In this document: positions 1 to 9,855 of the stretch, piece after piece
Numbering within the stretch: the stretch's first letter is position 1
Layout of the letters: each line of letters opens with the position of its first letter
Source of the DNA: Paracoccaceae bacterium
GTDB lineage: Bacteria; Pseudomonadota; Alphaproteobacteria; Rhodobacterales; Rhodobacteraceae
Direction: 5' to 3'
Length of the DNA: 50,077 nt
Assembly: GCA_016937195.1 (NCBI GenBank)
Contig: JAFGWK010000014.1
Location: 1 to 50,077, forward strand
Translations under genes and position numbers: made by a program
The notes under the pieces: model-generated
Database searches by the model: none
The model's input: only the letters and a program-made list of their open reading frames with translations
What the model was told of the DNA's origin: nothing

Positions 1-1140
1 GAGCGCACTTGCCAGTCGGGCGCGGGGGCAAGCGATATTGAGGCGACCGAACCCGGCGCCCTGTGATCCGAAGGAGGTGCCGCGCGTGATCGCCCAACCC
101 GCCTGGCTGCGCAGAAAAAGATGCAGGTCTTCCGGCGCAAGCCCGAGCGCGCGGAAATCAAGCCAGAGCAGGAAGGTGCCGTCCGGCTCGATCAGCCGCA
201 CCGGCCCGTCCGAGAGCCGCTCGCGCACCAGCGCAAGGTTGCCCGCGATGTAGTCGAGCGCGGCATCGAGCCATGCCACGCCGTCACGCCACGCCGCTTC
301 CATCGCGACCGAAGCGAAGGCGTTGTTCTTGTTCACCGTCAGCCGCGAGTTCTCGGCCTGAAACCGGCTGCGGTGCTCGGGGTCTGGCACCACCGCGAAG
401 GCAGAACAGCACGACGCGATGTTGAAGCTTTTGGCCGGTGACAGGCAGCTGATGCTGTTCTGCGCATCGGCCTCGGACAAGGTCGCGAAGGGCGTGTAAG
501 GATGACCGGTGAAGGTGAAGTCGGCATGAATCTCGTCTGAGACAACGAGCACGTCGTAGGCGCGGCAAATTGCGCCCAACCGGGCCAACTCGTCGCGCGT
601 CCAGACCCGACCGACCGGGTTGTGCGGGTTGCACAGCAATATCATCCGCGTCGCTGGGTCCTGTGCCAGCCGCGCCAACCCTTCAAAATCCATCTCGTAA
701 CGCCCGTCGCGCAAGACCAACGGGTTTTCAACGATCCGGCGCCCGTTCTCGCGGATGATATCGGCGAAATCGAAGAAGACCGGCGGCTGGATCACAATGC
801 CTTCGCCGGGGTCGCTGAACAGGTTGACTGCCATCGCGAGGCTGTTGAGCACATTGGGCGCGCGCAATATCTGTGCGGCCTCCAGCTGCCAGCCGTGGCG
901 CCGCGCCAGCCAGTCGGTCAACGCCGGCATCAGCCCGTCGGGAACCGCCTCGTAGCCGAAGACACCATGCGCGGCGCGGCGCGCGATCGCGTCCAGAACG
1001 CAAGGGGGCGCGCGAAAGTCCATGTCGGCCACGCCACCGGGGAACAGACCGACCCCGTTCTCGCCCAATACGATGCGGTGCGTCTTCAGGGCGGGCACAG
1101 TGCGGCGGTCGATGGGCATATCAAAGTCGAACTCAGTCAT
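1..1140 (-). CDS. MalY/PatB-family PLP-dependent C-S lyase/aminotransferase (runs off the left edge)
   Basis: Not in the ORF track because it lacks a stop in the window. Manual translation from ATG 1140 gives MTEFDFDMPIDRR...VADMDFRAPP...HGVFGY...IQPPVF...LCNPHNPVGRVW, which are MalY/PatB motifs. Confidence 0.85.
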   Translation of the reverse strand, partial: MTEFDFDMPIDRRTVPALKTHRIVLGENGVGLFPGGVADMDFRAPPCVLDAIARRAAHGVFGYEAVPDGLMPALTDWLARRHGWQLEAAQILRAPNVLNSLAMAVNLFSDPGEGIVIQPPVFFDFADIIRENGRRIVENPLVLRDGRYEMDFEGLARLAQDPATRMILLCNPHNPVGRVWTRDELARLGAICRAYDVLVVSDEIHADFTFTGHPYTPFATLSEADAQNSISCLSPAKSFNIASCCSAFAVVPDPEHRSRFQAENSRLTVNKNNAFASVAMEAAWRDGVAWLDAALDYIAGNLALVRERLSDGPVRLIEPDGTFLLWLDFRALGLAPEDLHLFLRSQAGWAITRGTSFGSQGAGFGRLNIACPRARLASAL

Positions 1141-2020
1141 CCCCGGCCTCCAAGAGCCGCGCGAACCGCGCCGCGTCGATATTGCCGCCAGTGATCACGG
1201 TCGCGACGGTCTGCCCTTTGATCGGCACCTGTCCCGCGAGGATCGCGGCCAGCCCAACCACCGCGCCGGGCTCGGTGACCAGCTTGAAATGGGTGAAGGC
1301 AAAGCGCATCGCCGCGCGCACTTGTGCATCGCTCACCGCAAGCCCGCCCTTGAGATGTGCGCGATTCACTTCAAAGGTCATCGGGTTGGGGCTGGGCGTC
1401 ATGATCGCATCGCAGATCGTGCGCCGTCCGGTCGGGTTTGAAACCCGCTCCCCGGCGGCAAGCGAGCGCCGTGTATCGTCGAAAAGCTCCGGCTCGGCGG
1501 CATAAAGGGCGCATTCCGGCGCCAGTTCGAGCAGCGCCACCGTGCCCGCACCCGCCATCACCTGTGGATGACCGCCTGTGGGCACCTCGATCCGGCGCGT
1601 CTCCGCCACGATCCGCGCGATCACCTCGGCGCTTTCTTCGCGGTCGCGGTCATAAGTGACGATCTGCGCTCCGAGGGCACGGATCGCCGCCATCTTCGCT
1701 TGCGCTGCATCTTCCGGCATAACGATCACCGCCGACGATCTCAGCAGCGCCGCTGAGCGCGCAAGCCCCAGCGCGTGATTGCCAGAGGAATAGCTGATCA
1801 CGCCGCGCGCCAATTCCTCGGCACTCATTTGCGACATCCGAACATAGGCCCCGCGCAGCTTGAACGCGCCGCTGCGCTGCAGGTTCTCGCATTTGAGCAA
1901 GAGCCGTCCGCCGAGCCTCTCGTTTACGTCTGGGTTTTCCAGCACTGGTGTGCGCGTCGCAACGCCCTGTAGGCGTTCTGCCGCTTCGCGTATGTCACGC
2001 AGTGAAATCGGGGCGTTCAT
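1133..2020 (-). CDS. Threonine/serine dehydratase family PLP enzyme, apparently with an internal in-frame deletion
   Basis: KCENLQRSGAFKLRGA (PLP lysine), SSGNHA, EPGAVVGLAA and TGGNID are present. The glycine-rich loop expected after GTVAL is absent. Start placed at MNAPIS. Confidence 0.8.
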   Translation of the reverse strand: MNAPISLRDIREAAERLQGVATRTPVLENPDVNERLGGRLLLKCENLQRSGAFKLRGAYVRMSQMSAEELARGVISYSSGNHALGLARSAALLRSSAVIVMPEDAAQAKMAAIRALGAQIVTYDRDREESAEVIARIVAETRRIEVPTGGHPQVMAGAGTVALLELAPECALYAAEPELFDDTRRSLAAGERVSNPTGRRTICDAIMTPSPNPMTFEVNRAHLKGGLAVSDAQVRAAMRFAFTHFKLVTEPGAVVGLAAILAGQVPIKGQTVATVITGGNIDAARFARLLEAGDD

Positions 2021-2069
2021 TCTGAATACGCCTTTCCAAGCTCTCCGGCGGGCAGTGCCACGCGGCATC

Positions 2070-2152
2070 ATTTCGGGAAATGCCGAATTGATATCGAGCT
2101 ACGAACTTGCCGGGAGCTTGTCAAGCTTCGACATTTCGGGCAATGACGAAAT
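2070..2152. promoter_or_regulatory. Two imperfect palindromic ArsR-type operators in the divergent intergenic region
   Basis: ATTTCGGGAAATGCCGAATT (2070-2089) and ATTTCGGGCAATGACGAAAT (2133-2152); the second abuts the arsR start codon. Confidence 0.65.
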
Positions 2153-2485
2153 ATGGAACAAAATGCTGCCCTCGACGCCTTCGCCGCCCTAGCGCATGAA
2201 ACGCGGCTCTCGGTCTTTCGACTGCTCGTCAAAGCCGGGCCGGAGGGCGTGCCTGCGCTCGAAATCGCGCGGCGGCTCGAGGCGAAGCCCTCGACGCTAT
2301 CGGGCCATCTCTCAATCCTAAAAGGCGCGGGTCTGCTGACAGCGACACGCCATCAACGAGAGATACGCTATGCCGCCAACCTCGGATCGGTGAACGACCT
2401 CGTCATGTTCCTTCTGTCGGATTGCTGTGGTGGCGATCTGGCAGCCTGCGCGGATGTGATTTCGTTGCGGTGCGGGAACGGTTAG
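2153..2485 (+). CDS. arsR: ArsR/SmtB family transcriptional regulator with C-terminal vicinal cysteines
   Basis: FAALAHETRLSVFRLLVKAGPEG...STLSGHLSIL winged HTH; C-terminal SDCCGG..C. Confidence 0.85.
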   Translation: MEQNAALDAFAALAHETRLSVFRLLVKAGPEGVPALEIARRLEAKPSTLSGHLSILKGAGLLTATRHQREIRYAANLGSVNDLVMFLLSDCCGGDLAACADVISLRCGNG

Positions 2486-2880
2486 CGCGTTCTGCCATAT
2501 TCGATCGGGACACAGAGACTGCACCGCGCCGCATCCTTTTTGGTGGATCGACCAAAACGTGGTTCATCCCGCGCGCTGTAAACACGGTCAAGGTCTTTGG
2601 ATCGCAGAGACCGCTGTCCACCCTGGTCACCCCAGAGTAGTTCGGCCCACAGCCGACTTTCATGGATCGTGCATTGGATGGCACTCCCAGACCAAAGCTG
2701 ACATTAGATTCTGTGTTCTTCTCTACGTGGACTGGTGCCAAGATACGAAAATGAGCTATTGGAGCATTTAGTGTTTTAAGCTTTTAAATTTGTTTAAGTG
2801 CCTCTTTTAGCATGCACCTATCCTACGCAGTTCTTTCAAGAGGTCACTCGCCATACCGCATGCTCCCAACTGGATAAATT

Positions 2881-3494
2881 TCAATAAATGCTTGATCGAT
2901 ATATTACCCGAATCTTTAAAAATATCTGGTTGATGATCAAAAATTCGCCATCGTTTCTCAATCTTTGCCATTGTAGTTCACTGTCTCTAGAAAAGGACGC
3001 TCGATCAATAGCCGTTACAATTGTTGGCACGTCTCCGAAATTTTTCTTCACACACACAACAACCCATCCAGAAGCGGAAGAGGCAGAAGGTTTCCGTTCG
3101 GCGACAAAAGAAAATTGGCCTGATGTAGCCATCCGAATGTTGGCTAAATGGTAGAGACCAGTTGGAAAATATTACGTATGCGCCATCTCTCAACCAGACG
3201 CTCAACGCTATGTTTAGAGCACGTAGCAATCAGAATGGTTGAAAATTCTATTTGCTTGGTAGGTCTCAACGACAGCGATGCGCGCATGATATCTATGCCC
3301 CCTTCACCGTCGGACACCAAGACCAACCAAACGGCGTGACACGCTTGAGGGTTAACTTTATGTGCGCAGCCTGCGACCTTCATTCGCGTTAAGGTTTTTT
3401 GAATAATTTTCCGGTGTTTCTTTTTGCTGAGAATTTGCTTGTCTGTGAGACTGAATTCTTCATTGAGTTGGCGAATAGCCTCTATTTTATACAC
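2881..3494 (-). pseudogene. Low-GC hypothetical gene, probably split by frameshift
   Basis: Consecutive minus-strand ORFs 3144-3494, 3005-3229 and 2881-3132 in AT-rich DNA directly downstream of the viperin fragment; no recognised motif. Confidence 0.35.
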
Positions 3495-3582
3495 CGCTTA
3501 GAAATTTGGCGCGCATAGCCCCGAATAGTGTCGGGATGCACGATCTTGCGTTCAGAAACAGAGTCTATGCGAGTGGAGGCAT

Positions 3583-4062
3583 TCATTTCAGGTCCTCCGC
3601 AGTGAGCAGGTCCGCTGCATAACGCGCATTGAACGCATTCTCATAAAAAGTGATTTGATAAAAGGCCTTTTTCGCGCCGACCTCATGAATGGGGTCGCTG
3701 TAGCAATACTCTTTTGACCTCAGGCAGACGCTATTGTCGAAGAACCGCCCCAAGGGATCTACCATCAAGTAGGAGGCAAGCATCGTGTCATTGTTTTCCA
3801 CGCGCATGATGTGTTCAAGATGTTCATGGCACTTAACAAATTCTGAGAAATTTTGATCAGAAACTAATAGAGCATCCGTCGTCGCCAGAAGCGCGCGGAA
3901 AACTTTCCATTTTTCGGGGGCGATTACCTCGATTAAGTTGGATAGGTCTTCAATAAAATTGTGTGCATTGACGACCGTATTCAGTTTGATCTTGATGTCC
4001 GGGTTTTCGACTCGTGCAGCACTGATGGCCACCTTGATAGATTGTTGAAAATTTTCGCGCAA
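3583..4062 (-). pseudogene. Prokaryotic viperin (radical SAM antiviral enzyme), C-terminal half only
   Basis: KIKLNTVVN...PEKWKVFR...ENNDTMLASYLMVDPLGRFFDN...YSDPIHEVG...FNARY matches viperin C-terminal motifs. No CxxxCxxC-containing N-terminus was found upstream. Confidence 0.8.
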
Positions 4063-4557
4063 CGCGTCAAACGACTGGTATGGGGAGGCCGCACCGCAGC
4101 GCGACCTTGCCCGGCAAAAGGCAGCTCTGGGCCGGGAGCGGCAGCCTTCTCAAAGGGCGGCGAGTTCAAATGATCGACGCCGTGAATATTGCATAGCTCA
4201 ATTGCCTGACGCTCCTTGTCTTGAGTTGAAACCGATTGGTCTTCGGCCCCAACCAAAACCACGCTAGGCGCGAAAGCAAAGACGACAGAACCAAAAGTTC
4301 TGCCGTCTTCACAACTCGAACAAGAAATCTCAGAACTTCTAAGGGCGCTCAGAGTCGAAGAAGTATCTTGACACCCTTTGCGCAGGCTTATGCTTTCTTT
4401 TGCGCACTCATCTGCTTTTTCTTGTCCGGGCGCGGAAAGTTTGACCTTTCCTTGACCTATGTTGCATTGAATTTATTGAATATTTCTCAAGGTCAAGCTC
4501 ACCTCTCTGCCTTTTTGACCCGGTAAGATTGCCCTTCGAAATAATCAGTCAAAGCAC

Positions 4558-4582
4558 AAAAAAGCCGCCCCGAAGGGCGGCC
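4558..4582 (-). terminator. Rho-independent terminator after tniQ
   Basis: Minus strand GCCGCCC-TTCG-GGGCGGC followed by a T run. Confidence 0.8.
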
Positions 4583-4603
4583 AATCATTCGAAGCTCGGT
4601 GAC

Positions 4604-6439
4604 TCAGACAAGTGCGCGCCTGAAGTAGGCTCTGTTCATTGTTCGACGCGGCAAGATCGGCTCGACCCCTCGATCCCTCAATCGATTTGATGCCGTGCGC
4701 GCCGAAACCCCCATCTCGGAGGCAAGCGTTGTGAGGTCGACATGCTGTTCCATGAAGTCTTCCACCGTGTCGGCCTCGAAGAACTGCTCTTGCTTGCCCC
4801 GGCCATTTCGGACCAGAATCGGCGCAAGGAAGATATTCCCGGTGTCGTCCCTATGTGTTGCCAACAAGGTGACGCCGCTGGTGAAGACACCAAGCTTCGC
4901 CGCAACCGCCTGCTTCGACATCAGATGCTCGGGCGGCTTCGCCAAGAGTTTTTCGCGAATTTCTTCCGGGTCCACAAATACTGAACGAAAGCGTTTGCCT
5001 GCATCGATCAAATCGATGTTCGTGAGTTCGCGTCGCAGCACCATTCGGACAATCTTGACGACAGAAAATCGCAGGGCTTGCGCCGCGTCGATCATGTCCA
5101 GCATCCCATCGCCAGGCAACTCTACGACCCGTCCATAGGAGCGAAGCTTCTTCAGGAATGTTTCGACCTCGTCGAGATCAATACGCGTCGTCCGGATGCC
5201 ACCCGCTCCATTGATCACTGGTGGGATCACTCCCTCCCTTGCAAGCACCTCAGCTTGCGTGCGATTGCAGTTGAGGGCCTCCGGCAGCTGAGTGACCGGG
5301 ATCGCTCTCAAAAAGCTCTCTGCGAGCCTTTCTCCGGCCTCAGCATCGAAAACCAGACGGGCATCAGTTAGCCCCACATCTCCTTCCTCGATCAGGCCGG
5401 CGCCGACCACCAGTCGATTGATCGTCCGAGGATGGATCCCGGATTTCGCGGCCAATGAGACGACAGAATGAACCTTTGAGCGGTCGACCCGCTGCCCAAA
5501 GAGGATCGTGCCCTCTGCGACAGGCATACGATCCAACACGAACTCGCGGACCACATCCTGGATTGGCCCGACCGATTTCTTGTGCTGTCTGTATTGAAGC
5601 CATTTGTAGAGCTTCCCGAATACCTTCTGAGGCCCGCCTTTGACATCTCGGTCTTTCTGTTCGCGCTTGAGCACATCGGCTAGGCACTCGTGAATTCCCT
5701 CGCTCCCACGCTTGGCAAATTGGTAGCCAACATGGCCTGCCCGATCCCAGTCATCGACTGTCAGCTTTTTCAGGTCCGCGTTCGGGTCGAACAAGTGAAC
5801 GAAGCCCAGCATTTCACACGCGCGGGCCGCTTGGTCGACTTGCTGGCTATCAAGCCATGTCGCCCCCCTGCCCCCGTTGAAGCGAGCGTCGACATATGAC
5901 TGGAGGTCCGAGACCTCCCGCGGCGAACAGCGCCCCAACTCCTTCATGAGTCGGTCAGTGCCCGGGGCAACGAAATTCATGTCCTGCGCAGCCTCAGCGT
6001 GAGTTCGGGTGCGACGCCGGATCAGCGGAATTCTATGGTGTTGGCATGTTCTGACCGGAGCGAACATCCAATTCACCAGTCCGACCCGCTGCGAGCCACC
6101 TATACCTTCGCCATTGTCTGCCTCCAACAGGCAGGCCGGGCAGTAGGTCGTGTGCTTGCCAGCAAGAAACTCGCTGTGAAACTGCTCACCGCGATGCTCG
6201 TGGAGCCGAGCACTAGGCGAGGACCATGTCGAATCCAGCAGCCTCTCGAAGGTATTTCCGGTCATTGACGCGAGCCGGATCAAGGCCTCAGGATCAGCAC
6301 GCAGAACCGACGTTCGACTCATCTCGATCACATTGAGGAAGTCGAACGTGCTCGTGTTGCCATGATACCGAGCGACGCGCGAAATATACGAAATCAGGCT
6401 TTCCTGCGGCAGGATTTCAAGATGCGGAAGCAATGCCAT
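4604..6439 (-). CDS. tniQ: TniQ/TnsD-like target selector with long C-terminal extension
   Basis: N-terminal PQESLISYISRVA, YCPACL and W....RTCQHH Zn-binding motifs; last gene of a tnsABC-like operon. Confidence 0.85.
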   Translation of the reverse strand: MALLPHLEILPQESLISYISRVARYHGNTSTFDFLNVIEMSRTSVLRADPEALIRLASMTGNTFERLLDSTWSSPSARLHEHRGEQFHSEFLAGKHTTYCPACLLEADNGEGIGGSQRVGLVNWMFAPVRTCQHHRIPLIRRRTRTHAEAAQDMNFVAPGTDRLMKELGRCSPREVSDLQSYVDARFNGGRGATWLDSQQVDQAARACEMLGFVHLFDPNADLKKLTVDDWDRAGHVGYQFAKRGSEGIHECLADVLKREQKDRDVKGGPQKVFGKLYKWLQYRQHKKSVGPIQDVVREFVLDRMPVAEGTILFGQRVDRSKVHSVVSLAAKSGIHPRTINRLVVGAGLIEEGDVGLTDARLVFDAEAGERLAESFLRAIPVTQLPEALNCNRTQAEVLAREGVIPPVINGAGGIRTTRIDLDEVETFLKKLRSYGRVVELPGDGMLDMIDAAQALRFSVVKIVRMVLRRELTNIDLIDAGKRFRSVFVDPEEIREKLLAKPPEHLMSKQAVAAKLGVFTSGVTLLATHRDDTGNIFLAPILVRNGRGKQEQFFEADTVEDFMEQHVDLTTLASEMGVSARTASNRLRDRGVEPILPRRTMNRAYFRRALV

Positions 6440-6444
6440 TGATC

Positions 6445-7443
6445 TTACCCTTTCCGCCGAGAGCGTTTGCGGCCATTCTCGGAGCGGAGTGCGGTGGGAT
6501 CTTCTTCAAGCGGATCCAGGTCAAGATCCTGCCAATGGTGAGCCACGAAGACATTTTCCGACCAAGCACAACTCTCGCCCATGCCCCAGGCTTCGGCGAA
6601 ATCGTCGGGCGTCAATTTATCCGCCCCTCTCTCGAGCGCGAGCTCAATCGCATTAATTGATGTTTCGATCGCGCGTCCGAAACGTTGGCGGCTACCGTAG
6701 ATAAGCCGATGAACCAGGTCCCGTTCCGGTCGGAAAGCCAAGCCGGCCACGTCGCAGTAAGCTGTGATCATCTTCCCGAGGCTGTCGGTATGAGCCCCTG
6801 GCTCAAGCGACGACGGAATGATCTTCATGAAGCGCCGACTGACCTGTGGATCCACGGAGGTCATCTGCCCCAGGCGCTCCGTGCCGCTCAGAAGCACGAT
6901 CACCGCGGCCTCGCCTTGCATGAGGCTCTTGAGCATCTTGAGCATCCGGTCGACTTCGCGGTCGCTGCCTTTGCCAAACAGGTCATGCGCCTCGTCGATC
7001 CAGAGCACGATGATGCCATTCAGCGCCAGCCTGTGGCGCACCATGTCCCAGATTTCCCAAACCTTGGCGCGCTCCGAGATCTTGTCGATACCGAGTTCAC
7101 GCAAGATCGCGATGCCGAGGCTTTTCTGGGTTGCAGGGCTCTCGACCTGCGCATGAAGATAGCGTGGCCTTCCGGTCTCGGGATTGTCCTGCAGTGCCGA
7201 ATACGAAGCCAAGACATTTTGGACTGCCGTGGTTTTGCCGCCGCCCGCGGGCTCGATCATCGCGACCCCACGCGTTTCCAGCCCGCCCGCGAAGCGCACC
7301 GGATTCACAGTCGTCGCGCCGTCAGTGCTGACATCGAGGAGGCGATCCAATTGTCGGCGCAATTCAATATCGCGTTCAGTCTCGATATGAATGGCGCGAA
7401 GTTCCGCGAGGACGGATTTCGTGTCGGATGCACTGGTTGTCAT
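6445..7443 (-). CDS. tniB: TniB/TnsC-like AAA+ transposition ATPase
   Basis: Walker A PAGGGKT, Walker B LWIDEAH, DPQVSRRF arginine finger; lies between the transposase and tniQ. Confidence 0.85.
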   Translation of the reverse strand: MTTSASDTKSVLAELRAIHIETERDIELRRQLDRLLDVSTDGATTVNPVRFAGGLETRGVAMIEPAGGGKTTAVQNVLASYSALQDNPETGRPRYLHAQVESPATQKSLGIAILRELGIDKISERAKVWEIWDMVRHRLALNGIIVLWIDEAHDLFGKGSDREVDRMLKMLKSLMQGEAAVIVLLSGTERLGQMTSVDPQVSRRFMKIIPSSLEPGAHTDSLGKMITAYCDVAGLAFRPERDLVHRLIYGSRQRFGRAIETSINAIELALERGADKLTPDDFAEAWGMGESCAWSENVFVAHHWQDLDLDPLEEDPTALRSENGRKRSRRKG

Positions 7444-7560
7444 GATTTTTTCTTTCGATTTGCCTGCGAAGCACGGGGATCACGCCGTCCGTGCAAGGTC
7501 TCTAGGAGGAGAAACGCGACCGGGCACCTGATTGGCGCCCGGTCTCAATGGGTCGACAGA

Positions 7561-9855
7561 TCATTTATCCCGGGAGGGGAAATTGAATTCGGCCGAGGAA
7601 CGGCGGTTTCGCGGCCGCGCTTCACCGCTTTGCTCGGACGCGTCGTTCTGCGTCTGCGCATCACCTTCGGGGGCGCTCGGCTCAGGAACTCCCTCGAGGT
7701 CGTGTCCCGGCCGCTGGGGCAGAATTACCTGACCACGTCCGCCATCCGGCTCTCCAAGGGTCGGAGCCGCTTGCGACATACTGAATCCTTGGAACTCCTC
7801 GAGCTCGAAGCTCGTCAAACGGTCTTCCGACCAGTTCCGATCAAGGATCTGGAACGCTAGGCCTTTGCGCCGGTTCAGCGAAAGAATGTCATCGAGAGCC
7901 GCCATCACCACGTCGTCGGTCCACTTTTGGCGTTGCGGCGAGCGCGTCCTCAGCGCTTTGCGGGTTTCGATCCAGTCTTCCGCACAGACACCGCCATTCG
8001 CGAATGCGGGCTTGACGGCCTCAACTTCGATCCAGCCACCGAGATTAACCTCGATGACGCTGATGTCGTCAGGATCCCAACGGATCTCGAGCATCTGTCC
8101 GCGTTTGTCGAGATAGGCCTTTTCCAGACACGGATCCTGATACTGAACCCCCAGAACGGTCAGACCGCCCTTGTGCAGCTTGCGGAACACGGCAAGCCCG
8201 AAAGCCATGCGCTTCTTTCGTTTACCCGGTGCCCCATTCAACGTGGAATTTCCAGCGGTCATGTCCGCCTCCCACTGCTCGAGCGGGGTGCGTCCGCCGA
8301 GGGCTTCGTGAGGCGTATTGTGATACATGTCGATCACCCAGCGCAGGAAGATCCTCGCCACATCCTCGACACTCAGGCAAGCCCTTTCCATCGAAGGATA
8401 GCCATCCTTTGCGATGACGTCCTCGAACGTGCGCCCGTGAAGTTCGCGCAGAACACCACGAGCAGCGGAGCCAAAGCATCTCTCGATCGCACCGCGCATC
8501 GTGGCCGCGCCGGCCTTCGCGACCACTTTTGTGATCCCGAGTGCTTCGCAGGCTCGCACAAACACGATTGATGTGTAGGCTGCCCCGGCATCCGTCACGA
8601 TCTCTTCCCACGTCGCACATTGATCCCAAGGCGTCTTGGCACCGACCGCCCGGGCCAAGTATCCGCGATCCGACATCGACATCCTCAGACTCTTCAGGGC
8701 TGCGCTTCCACGCGGCGATCGCGTCAGCGTGGCGCCAACGATCAACTTGGTGCGGTGATCAATGACCGCACTCAGCCACCAGCGCCCGACATTCCCGGTC
8801 TCGAAGCCTACGTCTTTGTAGATCTTCTCCCCGAAGATCTCCCGGAAGGCATCGGGGTCGAGATGCGAGAAGAGATCGATCTTCCATTCATCGGCCTCAC
8901 CGCGCTCGAAGGGGCGCGATGTCTCCACACCAGCGCCGATCGTGCGCAATCGGTTCATGGCCGCATCTTTACCGAAATGAGCGACCAAAACTTCGACATG
9001 TGGGATCGCGTCGATCTCGCGGTTGACAGCACGTTTGCCCGGGACCCGAAGAAGCGAGCGCCCTTCCGCCGCGCGTTCCTCATTGGCCTTGAGAAACGCG
9101 AGGCGGACCGTGTTCTTAACATGCGTCTTCGTCGCGCCACCGAGCACGAGATATCCTTCGCGAACCGTTTGGGTCAGAAGGAAGCGTTCATCCGACGTGA
9201 AATACGTATTATTGTTGCCGCACTTGGCATATTCGTCGCACAGGCCAGCGAGACCATATTTCTTATAGTCACGCACCCAGCCCAGAAGCGTGCGGGCGGC
9301 AGGAGCGCTCAACCTCGTTTCCTGCCGACCACCGCGTTTTCTACGCGTCTTGAGAGCCTCACCAGCGGCCTCCGCGTCAGCTTGTGCCGCCTCACGCTCC
9401 ATCTGCGCGCCCGTTGGAAGCTCTTGCAGGAAATACCGCTCTGCGAGTTGCTCAAGCGCCAGAAGGCTCGCGCCGATCGAGAGCTCTGTCTTCTTGATCT
9501 GCTTGAGATCATAGAGATGATCGAAAGCGCGGACGAAAGCCAGCTTCACCCACAGACGCTTCCATCCCTCAAGCGAGAGTGACGAGGAGAATTCGCGAAA
9601 GCTCTGATGACGTTGCGCGATACGTTGGTCTTCCGGCAGAAAATACCCTGGAATATGCTCGATTTCGCCAGCCGCGTTGAGGCGACGGAGCGTGCCGAAA
9701 TCAAAAGCCTCGCGAAGTCCATTCCGGTCGACCGGCGCAAGGATAAGCTCGCCGCCACGCACGCTTTCCGGGCGCCACGCCTGCCCTTGAATACGCAGAA
9801 GATCAGATTCACCCGCGGTGAAGGGCATGTAGGAAGTGTGATTGTGCTGGTTCAT
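7561..9855 (-). CDS. tnsB: TnsB/TniA-like DDE transposase (Mu/Tn7 type)
   Basis: Catalytic triad contexts EADEWKIDL, VTDAGAAY and GAIERCF; YHNTPHEALGGRTP; Mu C-terminal RWDPDDISVI. Confidence 0.85.
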   Translation of the reverse strand: MNQHNHTSYMPFTAGESDLLRIQGQAWRPESVRGGELILAPVDRNGLREAFDFGTLRRLNAAGEIEHIPGYFLPEDQRIAQRHQSFREFSSSLSLEGWKRLWVKLAFVRAFDHLYDLKQIKKTELSIGASLLALEQLAERYFLQELPTGAQMEREAAQADAEAAGEALKTRRKRGGRQETRLSAPAARTLLGWVRDYKKYGLAGLCDEYAKCGNNNTYFTSDERFLLTQTVREGYLVLGGATKTHVKNTVRLAFLKANEERAAEGRSLLRVPGKRAVNREIDAIPHVEVLVAHFGKDAAMNRLRTIGAGVETSRPFERGEADEWKIDLFSHLDPDAFREIFGEKIYKDVGFETGNVGRWWLSAVIDHRTKLIVGATLTRSPRGSAALKSLRMSMSDRGYLARAVGAKTPWDQCATWEEIVTDAGAAYTSIVFVRACEALGITKVVAKAGAATMRGAIERCFGSAARGVLRELHGRTFEDVIAKDGYPSMERACLSVEDVARIFLRWVIDMYHNTPHEALGGRTPLEQWEADMTAGNSTLNGAPGKRKKRMAFGLAVFRKLHKGGLTVLGVQYQDPCLEKAYLDKRGQMLEIRWDPDDISVIEVNLGGWIEVEAVKPAFANGGVCAEDWIETRKALRTRSPQRQKWTDDVVMAALDDILSLNRRKGLAFQILDRNWSEDRLTSFELEEFQGFSMSQAAPTLGEPDGGRGQVILPQRPGHDLEGVPEPSAPEGDAQTQNDASEQSGEARPRNRRSSAEFNFPSRDK

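Noticed and set aside
622-1194. Plus-strand ORFs at the left edge
   Set aside because: Antisense to the MalY/PatB gene.
2490-2700. Possible transposase relic after arsR
   Set aside because: Only a vague RVDSG similarity; cannot be assigned.
6685-9582. Long plus-strand ORFs (391, 214 and 320 aa)
   Set aside because: Antisense shadows of tniB and tnsB.
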